64,000 nucleotides of DNA from an uncultured Erysipelotrichaceae bacterium (GCA_902785135.1 CACZXL010000001.1:2109-66108), one strand, 5' to 3'. Shown: positions 16,960 to 27,949, counted from the stretch's first letter. Notes: generated by a model not told the origin, from the letters alone. Program-made: numbers and translations.

Positions 16960-17705
16960 AAATTATATAACTCCTTAGCATTATTCGTAGTAATTTCTAT
17001 CACTTCGTCTTCTGTTAATTCTTTAATATCCGCAATTTTTTTCGCAATATATTTTAAATTTAAAGGACTATTTTGTTTACCTCTATTAGGTTCAGGTGAT
17101 AAATAAGGACTATCAGTTTCTAATAAAATATCCTTTAAATCTATATTTTTAACTACTTCTACACCTTTTTTATTATTTTTATAAGTAATCGGTCCATCTA
17201 TACCAATCTTAAAACCTAGCTTTATAAACTCTCTTGCCATTTCTAAACTACCTGAATAACAGTGCATAGATCCTTTATGAATATCCATTTCTTTTAATAT
17301 ATCATATACATCTTGTACTGATTCTCTAGCATGAACTATAACAGGTAAATCATATTCTTTAGCTAGTTTTAATTGAGCCTTAAAATACTTAATTTGCTTA
17401 TCTTTATTATCTTTTGTCCAATAATAATCAAGTCCAATCTCTCCAATTGCGACTATTTTTTCATTTTTTATTAATTTTTCAAGTTCTATAAGGTCTTTTT
17501 CCTCAACTCTATCTATTGTGTCATAGTTTAAACCAATCGCTGCATATACATTTTTATATGTTTTAGAAAGACTAATTATATCTTTACTAGATTCAATATC
17601 AACAGCATTAACTATCATAGAAATATCTTGTTTATCACATTCTTCAATTATATCTTTATAATCTGACATTTCTTCTTCATAAACATGGCAATGTGTATCT
17701 ATCAT
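16956..17705 (-). CDS. tatD: TatD-family DNase
   Basis: IDTHCH, AIGEIGLDYYW, IVHARE, MHCYSG, LETDSPYL. Confidence 0.95.
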   Translation of the reverse strand: MIDTHCHVYEEEMSDYKDIIEECDKQDISMIVNAVDIESSKDIISLSKTYKNVYAAIGLNYDTIDRVEEKDLIELEKLIKNEKIVAIGEIGLDYYWTKDNKDKQIKYFKAQLKLAKEYDLPVIVHARESVQDVYDILKEMDIHKGSMHCYSGSLEMAREFIKLGFKIGIDGPITYKNNKKGVEVVKNIDLKDILLETDSPYLSPEPNRGKQNSPLNLKYIAKKIADIKELTEDEVIEITTNNAKELYNL

Positions 17706-17755
17706 TTTTCTTCACCTAAAAAGATTATACCATAATTAGTATAATCTTTTAATTA

Positions 17756-18223
17756 TTAATTAGTAGAACCAATTCCACCTTTTCTTTCACCATCAGCTTC
17801 ATCATCATCTGTTAATAGGTATTTTTGGAATATTCCTTGAGCGTATTTTCCACCTTTTTCACAAGTGAATACCTTATCTCCTTCATTTTTTAAAGCTACA
17901 AATATATGTCCCTCATTATCTGGATTATTATAATAATCTGAATCAATAATTCCTGTTTGATTACATAATCTAACATTATATTTAAATCCCATACTACTTC
18001 TAACTAGAATAGCTAAAAATTCATCACCATTCATATCTGCTTTTATACCTGATGGTACTTTAATTATTTCACCAGGTTGTAATTCAAAAGCAAATGGACT
18101 TATAAAATCATAACCAGCTGAATGTTTAGTAGATCTTCTAGGTAATTCTATATCAGAATAACTACATTTATCTTTTAAAACCTTTTCAAATTCTTTTTCG
18201 CTTATTTTTTCAAATTTTCTCAT
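17756..18223 (-). CDS. dut: Trimeric dUTPase
   Basis: RSTKHSAGYDF, RSSMG, GIIDSDYYNNPDNEGHI, RKGGIGST. Confidence 0.93.
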   Translation of the reverse strand: MRKFEKISEKEFEKVLKDKCSYSDIELPRRSTKHSAGYDFISPFAFELQPGEIIKVPSGIKADMNGDEFLAILVRSSMGFKYNVRLCNQTGIIDSDYYNNPDNEGHIFVALKNEGDKVFTCEKGGKYAQGIFQKYLLTDDDEADGERKGGIGSTN

Positions 18224-18298
18224 ATTTACTACTCCTATTCTATATATAATTATATCATTTTTTACTTAAAAAAGATAGTAATTATACTATCTCTTTCT

Positions 18299-20173
18299 TT
18301 ATAATCTTTTTGTGTTTTTTACTTCAACTTCTACTTCTTTTTCTTTGTTTTGTTCTAAATATATTTGAGTATTTATAACATATATTGGAATTTCAAAATA
18401 TTTAGCATGTTTTATACTTTGATCATTTATTTTATCAAAACAAATTATATAATCTGGTCTTATTCTATTTCCATTTTTATCTTTTCTATTAATTATAACT
18501 TCATTATAATTTTTCTTATTTTGTATTTCAAAAGGTAGTGGAACTTGTTCATAATATTTTTCTTTAGTATTAAAACCATGCATTTTAGACCCCATATCAT
18601 GATTATATGCTCCATATATTATATCTTCAGGAAAATTGTTAAATCCATAAATAACTTCTGTTCTATTTAAAAATGCAAATAAACCGACACTAGTACTACT
18701 AGTAACATTTTCATTACTTATTATTGAGGAACATATAACATTATTTCCGCCAGTTTCCTCATCCCATATATTTGGATTTTCTTGCAATTTATTACCTATT
18801 TTTGCATTATTCCAACCATCTTCTTTTTTTGTTGGAATACAATGAGCCATCATCATATATGGTTGACCTTCTAAATTATATACATCAATCTCTTTTCCAT
18901 TATTATCTAGTATTGGTTCTCCATTTTCATCTAAAAGTGGATTACTTTTTATATCTTTATTAAAATTATTAAATTCCTTCTTTATTAATTCAACAAATGT
19001 AATTCTTTCTAAAGAACTTAAGTATGCTTCAATTTCATTATAATTCCTTTTAAATTGTTCTATTTCTTCTTTTGTATATCTATTAATATTTTCTTTTATT
19101 AATTTATATTCACTATTGATCAATTTATAAAAAGTATATTCATTACTATATTTTTTTAATAATTCATATTTATTATTTGATGAATCAATTCTACTAATTA
19201 AAGTATAATAATTATTTGCATCATTTTCAGAAATTCCATATTCTTTATCAAGAAAAATTTTTTTTATTTTTAAATAATACTTATAATTATCATCAACAGA
19301 TAATTCATATATACTTTTATTAAAATCTTCCTCTTTAAGTAAATAAAATATATCTCTTCCATATTTACATATATCGCTTATTAATTCATAGTTTCCTATT
19401 TCATATATTTTTAATATTTTATCAATTTCTTTACTAGTATAAGCTGTTGATTGAGATAATATCCATTTATATACCTCTAAATCAAACTTATTAATAAAAT
19501 TCATATCTAATAGTCTTGTATCAAAACCATTACCTTCCATTATGTTTTTTATATCCGGAATATTATTAAAGACATATAACAATCCCTGTTCATATCCATC
19601 TTCTAATATCTTATTAATTAAATCAATTCTAATATTTTTTGTATTTACAAAAAGCCATACTTTTGATTTACCTATTTCATTATTTGAATATAGAAAATCT
19701 AATGTTTTATTATTAATATAGTTAGAATTATCTTTTGTATTATTAAATCCCCAACTTTTATTCCATGAAATATGGCCTAAAAATTCTTTTAGTAATTTTG
19801 TTTTATTTGATAGTATTATTTCTTTAATGTTATCTGAGAATATCTTATTATCAAATTCATCATATAATTTATCAAAATCTGGGTGCATTAAAATCCTTGA
19901 ATCCAAATTTGAAGATTCTAACAAATGAAAATTAGATTTAATTTTTTTTAAGCAAAATACAAATTCTTCATCATTATTAATACCAGAAAAAAATTGAATA
20001 TACCTGATTTTTTGTTCAATTCCTTGTATATAATCTAAATTATATGAAAATTCGTCATAATGATCAGAAAAAACTTGATTATTTTTTATTTTTTTAATTA
20101 TTTCGTCATCTAAATGTATGCTCTTTAATTCTGGATATTTTTTATTAAATAACGCTTTAGAAATTAGATTCAT
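18299..20173 (-). CDS. Hypothetical 624-aa protein; C-terminal domain possibly ADP-ribosyltransferase-like
   Basis: Long ORF with its own SD and terminator; C-terminal MAHC..ICSSIIS..YNEVII..RPDYIICF pattern. Confidence 0.7.
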   Translation of the reverse strand: MNLISKALFNKKYPELKSIHLDDEIIKKIKNNQVFSDHYDEFSYNLDYIQGIEQKIRYIQFFSGINNDEEFVFCLKKIKSNFHLLESSNLDSRILMHPDFDKLYDEFDNKIFSDNIKEIILSNKTKLLKEFLGHISWNKSWGFNNTKDNSNYINNKTLDFLYSNNEIGKSKVWLFVNTKNIRIDLINKILEDGYEQGLLYVFNNIPDIKNIMEGNGFDTRLLDMNFINKFDLEVYKWILSQSTAYTSKEIDKILKIYEIGNYELISDICKYGRDIFYLLKEEDFNKSIYELSVDDNYKYYLKIKKIFLDKEYGISENDANNYYTLISRIDSSNNKYELLKKYSNEYTFYKLINSEYKLIKENINRYTKEEIEQFKRNYNEIEAYLSSLERITFVELIKKEFNNFNKDIKSNPLLDENGEPILDNNGKEIDVYNLEGQPYMMMAHCIPTKKEDGWNNAKIGNKLQENPNIWDEETGGNNVICSSIISNENVTSSTSVGLFAFLNRTEVIYGFNNFPEDIIYGAYNHDMGSKMHGFNTKEKYYEQVPLPFEIQNKKNYNEVIINRKDKNGNRIRPDYIICFDKINDQSIKHAKYFEIPIYVINTQIYLEQNKEKEVEVEVKNTKRL

Positions 20174-20216
20174 ACCATCACCTACTTTAAATATATTATA
20201 TCACAATAAAAAGACA

Positions 20217-23200
20217 TTAAATTAATGTCTTTTTTATATAATCTAATAAATCTGTAAAGTAATAAATAAAATGTTTATCTAGTCCACTTAATAATAGTTT
20301 TATAAATAATCTATCATTTTTATAATTAAATCTAAATTTATCAGATAATTTAGAAGCATATACAAATAAATCTGATACATCCAATTTATCAACTATATCT
20401 TTATTAATAGATAATTCTACATATAGATTATTTTGAACCACATCATTTATTCCAAGTGATTTAGCTTGTTTTTCAAACCATTCACTATACATATAAACAA
20501 TTACATCTTCTTTTAATTTACCAAATCTATCTTCTAATTCTTGTTTAACTTCTTCAATTCTTTCCTTAGAATCAATCTTATTAATGATTTTATGTATTTC
20601 AATCTTTAATGAATCATTATTAACATAATTATTAGAAATATGAGTAGAAACCTCAATTAATGGTTTTTCATTTTCTATTACTTCTTCTTTTATTTCTAAT
20701 CCTTTTAATCTTGCAACTTCATCATTAAGAATCTTAACATATAGATCATAACCTACTGAATCTATAAATCCAGCTTGTTCTGAACCTAATATATCTCCTG
20801 CACCTCTAATAGATAAATCTCTCATAGCAATACTAAATCCACTTCCAAGTTCAGTAAATTCTTTAATCGCATTAAGTCTTTTAACTGCAGTTTCATTTAA
20901 TACTTTAGTTTTACCATACATTAAATATGCATATGCAATCTTATTACTTCTTCCTACTCTTCCTCTTATTTGATAAAGCTGAGATAAACCAAATCTATCC
21001 GCGTCATATATAATTAATGTATTAACATTAGGTATATCAATACCTGTTTCTATAATAGTAGTACACAATAATATATTAAATTCATTATTAATAAAACTGT
21101 TCATTGTGTCTTCTAGTTCTTCTTTAGACATTTGACCATGCGCAATTCTAATATCAGCTTCTGGAATTAATTTTTGAAGTTCCATCTTCTTTTCTTCAAT
21201 ATGTTCTACTCTATTATATAGAATAAATACTTGTCCATTACGAGACATTTCTTTATATATAGCGTCTTTCATAAGAGCATTACTTTCTTCTACAACATAA
21301 GTTTGAACTGGATAACGAGATGCTGGCGGAGTTTCAATTAATGCTAAATCTCTAATACCAACAAGTGACATTTGAAGTGTTCTAGGTATAGGAGTTGCAC
21401 TAAGAGTTAGTACATCAACGCTAGCTTTATATTCTTTTATTCTTTCTTTATGAGTAACACCAAATCTTTGTTCCTCATCTATAACAAGTAATCCTAAATC
21501 TTTAAACTTTATATTAACATTTAATAATTTATGAGTACCTATAACAAAATCTATTTTACCTTCTTCTAACTTTTGATATATTTCTTTTACTCTTCTTTGT
21601 GAGGTATATCTATTTAATAACGCAATTTCTATACCAAAACTCTTAAATCTTTCCAATGCATTAACATATTGTTGATTAGAAAGAATTGTTGTTGGACAAA
21701 GATACGCAACTTGCTTACCTGATGCGATAGCTTTAAATATTGCTCTAAAAGCTACTTCTGTCTTACCATAACCAACATCTCCACATAAAAGCATATCCAT
21801 TGGTGCTTCTGATTCCATAGCTTTTTTAATCTTTTCTATTGCAATATATTGATCTTTTGTTAAATCATAAGAAAATTCTGAATCAAATTCTTTTTGTAGA
21901 TCATCATCTTTCTTAAAAGCAAATCCCTTTTGCATACTTCTTTCAGCAGAAATTTTTATTAATTTATCTGCGATATCTTTAACTTTATTCTTAATTCTTA
22001 GTTTTGTCTTTTGCCATTCTGAACCACCGAGCTTGTTTAGTTTAGGCGCAAGACCTTCTTTGCCTGAATACTTACTAATTAAATCTATCTTTTCCACAGG
22101 AATAAATAATTTATCTTTACCTTGATAACTAATTTCTAAGTAATCTTTTTTATTACCATTTTTAGTAAGAGTTTTAAGACCATTATAAACACCAATACCA
22201 TGATTAATATGAACTACATAATCTCCTACTGTTAAATTATTAAGATCTTTTATCTTAGAACCTGCTTTATATTTATTCTTATAATTAACATTCTTTATCT
22301 TTTGACCAAATAATTCATTTTCAGTGATAAATATGTATTTACCTATTTCAAAACCTTCATCATAATCTTCTTTAATTATATTTAATTCATTTTCATAAAT
22401 ATGATTTATATCTGTTACTCTAGAATCAATTTCTAAGAATTTTTGAACATTTTCTATTTTCTTATTACTATTTAAACAAATAATTATAGTTTTCTTTTTA
22501 AATAATGATGTTTTAATATATTCATTAATAGCATTAACATTAGATTTAAAGTTTTCTATATTTTTTGCACCTAAATTATATATCTTATCTAGTTTAATTC
22601 CAGAAAGTAAGTTATCCACAGTTAAAAGGTATATTGTATCTTTAAACTTAATATCTTCTAGATTAAACATATAATTTGTCTTGCATTTTTCATCTAATGC
22701 TTGGTCATAATCAAATATCTCTTTTCTTAAAGAAACATATGAATTATTTAACTGATTATAATCTTTAATAATAGTAATAGGATTATCCAAATAATCAAAT
22801 ATACTAAATACTTCTTTTGTAACAAGAGGTAAATACTTTTGTTTTTCTTCTATTTCTATCCCGTTTTCATTAATAAATTCTGAATATGTATTAATATTAA
22901 TCTCTTTTATTTCTTTTTCTGATCTTTGAGTACTTGGATCAAAATATCTAATTGAATCTATTTCATCTCCCCAAAACTCTATTCTTATAGGATTATCTTC
23001 TTTAATTGGAAATATATCTAATACAAATCCTCTAGATGCGATTTCTCCTGTATTTGTAACTGTAGTCTCTGGATTATAACCTAAAGACATTAATTTAGAT
23101 ACTAGTTCATCTTTATTAACTGAATCACCTTTTTTAAGAGAAATAATGCTATCTTTCCATAGTTTTTTACTTGGTAAGTATCTAAGTAATCCCATTAAAT

Positions 23201-23513
23201 TAGTAATTACTATGTTATTTTTACCTGTGGATAATTCATTTAGAGTATTTAATCTTATAGATAATAAATCAGGTGATATCGCTAAAGCTTCACTTGTTAA
23301 AAAATCATCCATAGGAAATAAATAACAATTATCATTTAACTTAGATAATGATTGATATATAACGTTCGCTTCATATAAAGAATTAGTGACAACTAATATA
23401 TCTCTATTAGTTTTTTTATAGATATTAGACACTGAAAAAGAGATTAACTCATTAGTTAATCCTGTTATACCAATATTATTAAATTTTTCAATTTCTAATA
23501 TCTTATCAAACAT
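20217..23513 (-). CDS. mfd: Transcription-repair coupling factor
   Basis: GDYVVHINHGIG, LCGDVGYGKTEVA, IDEEQRFGV, SATPIPRTL, QIRGRVGRS, RDLSIRGAGDILG. Confidence 0.98.
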   Translation of the reverse strand: MFDKILEIEKFNNIGITGLTNELISFSVSNIYKKTNRDILVVTNSLYEANVIYQSLSKLNDNCYLFPMDDFLTSEALAISPDLLSIRLNTLNELSTGKNNIVITNLMGLLRYLPSKKLWKDSIISLKKGDSVNKDELVSKLMSLGYNPETTVTNTGEIASRGFVLDIFPIKEDNPIRIEFWGDEIDSIRYFDPSTQRSEKEIKEININTYSEFINENGIEIEEKQKYLPLVTKEVFSIFDYLDNPITIIKDYNQLNNSYVSLRKEIFDYDQALDEKCKTNYMFNLEDIKFKDTIYLLTVDNLLSGIKLDKIYNLGAKNIENFKSNVNAINEYIKTSLFKKKTIIICLNSNKKIENVQKFLEIDSRVTDINHIYENELNIIKEDYDEGFEIGKYIFITENELFGQKIKNVNYKNKYKAGSKIKDLNNLTVGDYVVHINHGIGVYNGLKTLTKNGNKKDYLEISYQGKDKLFIPVEKIDLISKYSGKEGLAPKLNKLGGSEWQKTKLRIKNKVKDIADKLIKISAERSMQKGFAFKKDDDLQKEFDSEFSYDLTKDQYIAIEKIKKAMESEAPMDMLLCGDVGYGKTEVAFRAIFKAIASGKQVAYLCPTTILSNQQYVNALERFKSFGIEIALLNRYTSQRRVKEIYQKLEEGKIDFVIGTHKLLNVNIKFKDLGLLVIDEEQRFGVTHKERIKEYKASVDVLTLSATPIPRTLQMSLVGIRDLALIETPPASRYPVQTYVVEESNALMKDAIYKEMSRNGQVFILYNRVEHIEEKKMELQKLIPEADIRIAHGQMSKEELEDTMNSFINNEFNILLCTTIIETGIDIPNVNTLIIYDADRFGLSQLYQIRGRVGRSNKIAYAYLMYGKTKVLNETAVKRLNAIKEFTELGSGFSIAMRDLSIRGAGDILGSEQAGFIDSVGYDLYVKILNDEVARLKGLEIKEEVIENEKPLIEVSTHISNNYVNNDSLKIEIHKIINKIDSKERIEEVKQELEDRFGKLKEDVIVYMYSEWFEKQAKSLGINDVVQNNLYVELSINKDIVDKLDVSDLFVYASKLSDKFRFNYKNDRLFIKLLLSGLDKHFIYYFTDLLDYIKKTLI

Positions 23514-23517
23514 AAAA

Positions 23518-24078
23518 TCATCTCTTATTATATTTTCCCATCAATAAATCAAAATTCATCTTGAAAAAATCGTCTATGATATTTAAACAAATATCATAAG
23601 ATTTTTCAAGTATTTCTTTATCTTCTTTAGAAAATTTACCTAGTACATAATCTTTAGTATCTCTATTTTTATCATTAGATATACCTACTTTTAATCTTTT
23701 AAAGTTATTTGTACCTAGTTTTTGTTCTATATCTTTAATTCCATTATGACCTCCAGAACTAGATTTTTCTTTTAATTTAATCTTACCTACTTCCATATCA
23801 AGATCATCTTGAATTACTAATATATCATCTATATTAATCTTATAAAAATCCATTACTTTTCTTACTGAATCCCCACTTAAATTCATAAATGTTTGAGGTT
23901 CTAGTAATATTACATCTTCATCATTAATACTAGTTTTAGTATATTTACCATTAAACTTATCTTTATCTAATTTTAGATTATTCTTTTTTAAATATAAATC
24001 TAAAACATTAAAACCAATATTATGTCTTGTATTTTCATATTCTTTTCCTGGATTTCCTAGTCCCACAATAAGTCTCAT
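23518..24078 (-). CDS. pth: Peptidyl-tRNA hydrolase
   Basis: LIVGLGNPGKEYENTRHNIG, PQTFMNLSG, GGHNG. Confidence 0.97.
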   Translation of the reverse strand: MRLIVGLGNPGKEYENTRHNIGFNVLDLYLKKNNLKLDKDKFNGKYTKTSINDEDVILLEPQTFMNLSGDSVRKVMDFYKINIDDILVIQDDLDMEVGKIKLKEKSSSGGHNGIKDIEQKLGTNNFKRLKVGISNDKNRDTKDYVLGKFSKEDKEILEKSYDICLNIIDDFFKMNFDLLMGKYNKR

Positions 24079-24079
24079 A

Positions 24080-24664
24080 CTAATCCTCCTTTATATAATT
24101 CATTATATATCTATAAATGTCTCCCCAATTATTTACTTCTTTTAAATATTCATTTTCTTCTAATTTCTTAATATTTGTATCTCTAAAATATAAAGTATTT
24201 ATTTTATTACCTGATATCTCTTTTACTATTTCATAATAATCATCAATCATAATATCTATATTCTCTTTTTTACATATTGCTAATTTATCATTTTGTTTCC
24301 AATAAATTTTATCAAATTTTATATTATTTTCATCTAGTATTCTTTGAGCATCAACCATCATTTCTTCTAAAAAGTTACCTCTAGCAGTTATACAAATTAA
24401 CTCTATATCTTCTTTTCTTAATAATTCATATACAGGTTTAAATCCAGCCATTATTGGGCTATTCTTAGATACTTCCATAAAATACTCATGTATAAATTCT
24501 TGTTTATCTTCTTCGGACCAATCATATCTTTTTTGAAATCTTGGTTCTTCTCTATTTACTAGAGTATTTCTGTTTTTTTTCATATCAAAGATTTCTTCAT
24601 ATGTTCTATAAGTTGTTTCACTATCAAATACTACACCATCTAAATCTATACCAATTTTTAACAT
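24080..24664 (-). CDS. HAD-superfamily hydrolase, 5'(3')-deoxyribonucleotidase-like
   Basis: IGIDLDGVV (DxD), CITARG, IMIDD, VNNWGDI. Confidence 0.8.
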   Translation of the reverse strand: MLKIGIDLDGVVFDSETTYRTYEEIFDMKKNRNTLVNREEPRFQKRYDWSEEDKQEFIHEYFMEVSKNSPIMAGFKPVYELLRKEDIELICITARGNFLEEMMVDAQRILDENNIKFDKIYWKQNDKLAICKKENIDIMIDDYYEIVKEISGNKINTLYFRDTNIKKLEENEYLKEVNNWGDIYRYIMNYIKED

Positions 24665-24666
24665 AT

Positions 24667-25509
24667 TTACTCCTTATTTTCTAGATACATTTTATATACT
24701 TCATTCTTTGGCATATTATGAAGTTTAGATACTTCTTTAATCGCATCTTTATCTCTCATACCCTTTTCAACAAGCATTTTTATATGATCTATAACATCAA
24801 TGTCATCATAATTTTCTTCTGTTTTGTTTTCTTCAACAACAATTACAAATTCTCCTTTAGGATCAGTGAGTTCTTCTATAACGCTCTCTACTGTTCCTCT
24901 ATATATTTCTTCATGTTTTTTACTAATTTCTCTTGAAATACTTATATTTCTATTACCAAATATTTCTTTAATTAGTTCTAATGTTTCTTTTACCCTAAAT
25001 GGTGATTCATAAAATATTATAGTATACTTTAATAGTTTTAATTCCTCTAATTCTTTCTTCTTTGCACTTTTTTTACTATTTAAAAAACCATAAAATAAGA
25101 AATGATTAGGATTAAGACCGCTATTAACTATAGCAGGTGTAAAAGCAGTCGCACCTGGTAAACATACTACATTGAATCCAGAATTAATTACTTTAAACAC
25201 TGATACATATCCTGGATCACTTATTGATGGAGTACCTCTATCAGTAATTATAGAAACATCAAAACCTTGATTTAAATAATCAAGGACTTTTAAATATACT
25301 TCATCTTCATTAAATTTATGACATGGTATTAACTTCTTTTTAATATCAAAATAATCTAATAACTTTTTAGATTCTCTTGTATCTTCAGAAAATATAACTT
25401 CTGAATTTTTTAATGTTTCCACACCTCTATAAGTCATATCTCCTAAATTACCTATAGGAGTTGGTACTAAATATAGTGTTGGTTTACCATCATAACTTTT
25501 TTGACTCAT
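24667..25509 (-). CDS. rsmI: 16S rRNA C1402 2'-O-methyltransferase
   Basis: LYLVPTPIGNLGDMTYR, EDTR, DRGTPSISDPG, YESPFR, REISKKHEE. Confidence 0.96.
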   Translation of the reverse strand: MSQKSYDGKPTLYLVPTPIGNLGDMTYRGVETLKNSEVIFSEDTRESKKLLDYFDIKKKLIPCHKFNEDEVYLKVLDYLNQGFDVSIITDRGTPSISDPGYVSVFKVINSGFNVVCLPGATAFTPAIVNSGLNPNHFLFYGFLNSKKSAKKKELEELKLLKYTIIFYESPFRVKETLELIKEIFGNRNISISREISKKHEEIYRGTVESVIEELTDPKGEFVIVVEENKTEENYDDIDVIDHIKMLVEKGMRDKDAIKEVSKLHNMPKNEVYKMYLENKE

Positions 25510-25510
25510 A

Positions 25511-26230
25511 TTAACACCCCTTAAATATATTTTCTATTTCTTTTCTATAATCTCCATTTTCTTCATGAATAATTAATGGCTCTAATACTTTTAAAGCATT
25601 ATTACCATTCTTAGTTCCTTCAATAATTATCATATTACTCTCAGTTTTTTCTTTTGGATAAATAAATTGTATTCTTTTTGGAGATATATTATATTTTTCC
25701 ATTAATACTATTATTTCAGATAATCTTTCTGGTCTATGAACTAATACTAAACTACCATTATTTTTTAATAGTTTTCTAGATAATTTAATAATATCTTCTA
25801 AAGTTATTTCTATTTCATGTCTTGCGATAGATTTTATTTTATTATCATTCTTTTTAGTTTCTTCATTTATTTTAAAATATGGTGGATTACATGTGATTAA
25901 ATCAAATGTATCAGTTTCAAACCTTTTTCCTAATTCCTTAGCGTCCATATTTAATAACTCTATTTTATCTTGTAAGTTATTAATTTCTATGGATTCCTTT
26001 CCTAGTTCATATACTTCTTTTTGTATTTCCACAGCATATATTTTATTATTTACTTTAGTAGAAATAAGCATTGGAATTGGACAGTTACCAGAACATATAT
26101 CTATTACTTTCATATTAGGTTTTAGATTAAGAAAATTGTATAAAAGTACTGAATCTAAAGAAAAATTAAAGAAATCTGTATCTTGAACAATTTTCATATT
26201 AAAACCTAGTAAATCATTAATTACTTTCAT
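25511..26230 (-). CDS. tRNA1(Val) A37 N6-methyltransferase (YabB/TrmN6)
   Basis: FSLDSVLL, DICSGN, VEIQ, TCNPPYF, ARHE, VHRPERL. Confidence 0.88.
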   Translation of the reverse strand: MKVINDLLGFNMKIVQDTDFFNFSLDSVLLYNFLNLKPNMKVIDICSGNCPIPMLISTKVNNKIYAVEIQKEVYELGKESIEINNLQDKIELLNMDAKELGKRFETDTFDLITCNPPYFKINEETKKNDNKIKSIARHEIEITLEDIIKLSRKLLKNNGSLVLVHRPERLSEIIVLMEKYNISPKRIQFIYPKEKTESNMIIIEGTKNGNNALKVLEPLIIHEENGDYRKEIENIFKGC

Positions 26231-27011
26231 CTTGGAATATTTCTATAACATCTTTATCTTTAGTTTCTATTTTATATGAATGTCTAAAGATATCAACAGA
26301 TATTACTTTACCTTTCTTTCCGTCTTTATCTATAATTTGACCTATAGAAGGATAATTTTTCTTTTCTTCTGAATAAGTATCATCCTCATATTCTAAACAA
26401 CATAATAATCTATTACATGCACCATTAATTTTTGTTGGATTTAATGATATGTTTTGATTTTTAGCCATATTAATAGTTATATTATTAAATGAATATAAGA
26501 ATTTAGAACAACATAATGGTCTTCCACAAGGTCCTAAACCACCAACTTCTTTAGCTTTATCTCTAGGACCAATTTGTCTAAGTTCAATTCTTACTTTATA
26601 TATAGCCGCAAGTTGTTTAGCTAGTTCTCTAAAATCAACTCTATCGTTTGATATATAAGTGAAATATAATTGTGTTCTTTCAAAATTATATGAAGCATCA
26701 ATTAATTTCATATCAAGTCCATCTTGTTCAATTAATTCTTTGCATTTTTCAAAGGCTGCTTTAGCATCTTTAATGTTATTTTTATGTTGATTATAGTCTT
26801 TTTTAGTACTAATTCTTACTACAGGTTTCATTGGATCAGAGTTCTTCTTCTTTTTAATAGTAGTTAATTCTACTATATAACCAAATTGAAGACCTCTTTC
26901 TGTTTCAACTATAACAGTAAGTCCTTCTTTTAAATTTAGATTATTTGTTAAAAAATAATACTTTCTACCATATTTAGTAAATGTTACACCCGCAACTTTT
27001 AATTCTTCCAT
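26217..27011 (-). CDS. yaaT: PSP1-domain protein YaaT/RicT
   Basis: RVDFRELAKQLA, RIELRQIGPRD, GGLGPCGRPLCC, MAKNQNISLNPTKINGACNRLLCCL. Confidence 0.93.
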   Translation of the reverse strand: MEELKVAGVTFTKYGRKYYFLTNNLNLKEGLTVIVETERGLQFGYIVELTTIKKKKNSDPMKPVVRISTKKDYNQHKNNIKDAKAAFEKCKELIEQDGLDMKLIDASYNFERTQLYFTYISNDRVDFRELAKQLAAIYKVRIELRQIGPRDKAKEVGGLGPCGRPLCCSKFLYSFNNITINMAKNQNISLNPTKINGACNRLLCCLEYEDDTYSEEKKNYPSIGQIIDKDGKKGKVISVDIFRHSYKIETKDKDVIEIFQDESN

Positions 27012-27013
27012 AA

Positions 27014-27937
27014 TTACACCTCACTAAATTTAATTATGAATTCATCCATTAATAGTTTTAAATTCATATTTGTTTCTAGCTTAATTTTTGTATTTTCTAT
27101 AAGTTGTAATTTGCTTTGTATTTTATCTATATTATTTAATTCAATTATCTTCTTCATTTCTTCTAGATAATCATTCATAAATATAATTTTTCTAGAAATC
27201 ATAAAGTTTAACATATCATAATAGAAATATAACATAAAGTCAAATAATATATTTATCTCATCTTTAGATTTATATATATCAAATATAGAGTCCTTAAAAT
27301 GTATAAATTCTTTCATTTTTAATTTTTCTATTTGATCTATAAAACCAATCATGTTTTCTTTTAGTTTATTAAATTCATCGTTGAAATCTTCTTTATCATA
27401 TACTTTATTTTTATATTCATTTAATAATATATCTAATTTATTTAATTCTTCTTCTTTTTTATTCTTAAATATCAAATTTTGACATCTAGATTTGATAGTT
27501 GGTAAAACCTTAGGAAGATTATCTGTTAATAGGATTGCAACTATATTTTCACTAGGTTCTTCTAAAAATTTAAGAATTGTATTAGCAGAAGAAACATGTA
27601 GCTTATCAGCTCCATTAATTATATAAACTAATTTATTTCCTAATGTAGGTTTTACTTGAAAAGATTGTTGTAAATCCAATAATTGTTCTTTTTTTATTAT
27701 ATTATTTACTGGTTCAATAATCTTTAATTCTGGATAGTTATTATTATCAATCATATTACATATTTGTTCATCATAGTTCTCAGTTATTAGTTTTTTAGAA
27801 AAAGAAATAGCATAATCCAGCAAAAAAGACTTATCATTTGATATAAATAGATAAGCTTGAACTAGTTTATTATTTTTAAAACTATTTAATAATAATTTTG
27901 TAACTATTGGTTGATCATCTATGTAATTTTCTAACAT
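27014..27937 (-). CDS. holB: DNA polymerase III delta' subunit
   Basis: QAYLF, ADKLHVSSANTILKFLEEP, LPTIKSRCQ; holB-yaaT synteny. Confidence 0.9.
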   Translation of the reverse strand: MLENYIDDQPIVTKLLLNSFKNNKLVQAYLFISNDKSFLLDYAISFSKKLITENYDEQICNMIDNNNYPELKIIEPVNNIIKKEQLLDLQQSFQVKPTLGNKLVYIINGADKLHVSSANTILKFLEEPSENIVAILLTDNLPKVLPTIKSRCQNLIFKNKKEEELNKLDILLNEYKNKVYDKEDFNDEFNKLKENMIGFIDQIEKLKMKEFIHFKDSIFDIYKSKDEINILFDFMLYFYYDMLNFMISRKIIFMNDYLEEMKKIIELNNIDKIQSKLQLIENTKIKLETNMNLKLLMDEFIIKFSEV

Positions 27938-27949
27938 AACTACCTCTAT

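Noticed and set aside
17756-20173. Prophage remnant (dUTPase plus orphan gene)
   Set aside because: No integrase, structural genes or att repeats; this dUTPase type is also chromosomal in Bacilli.
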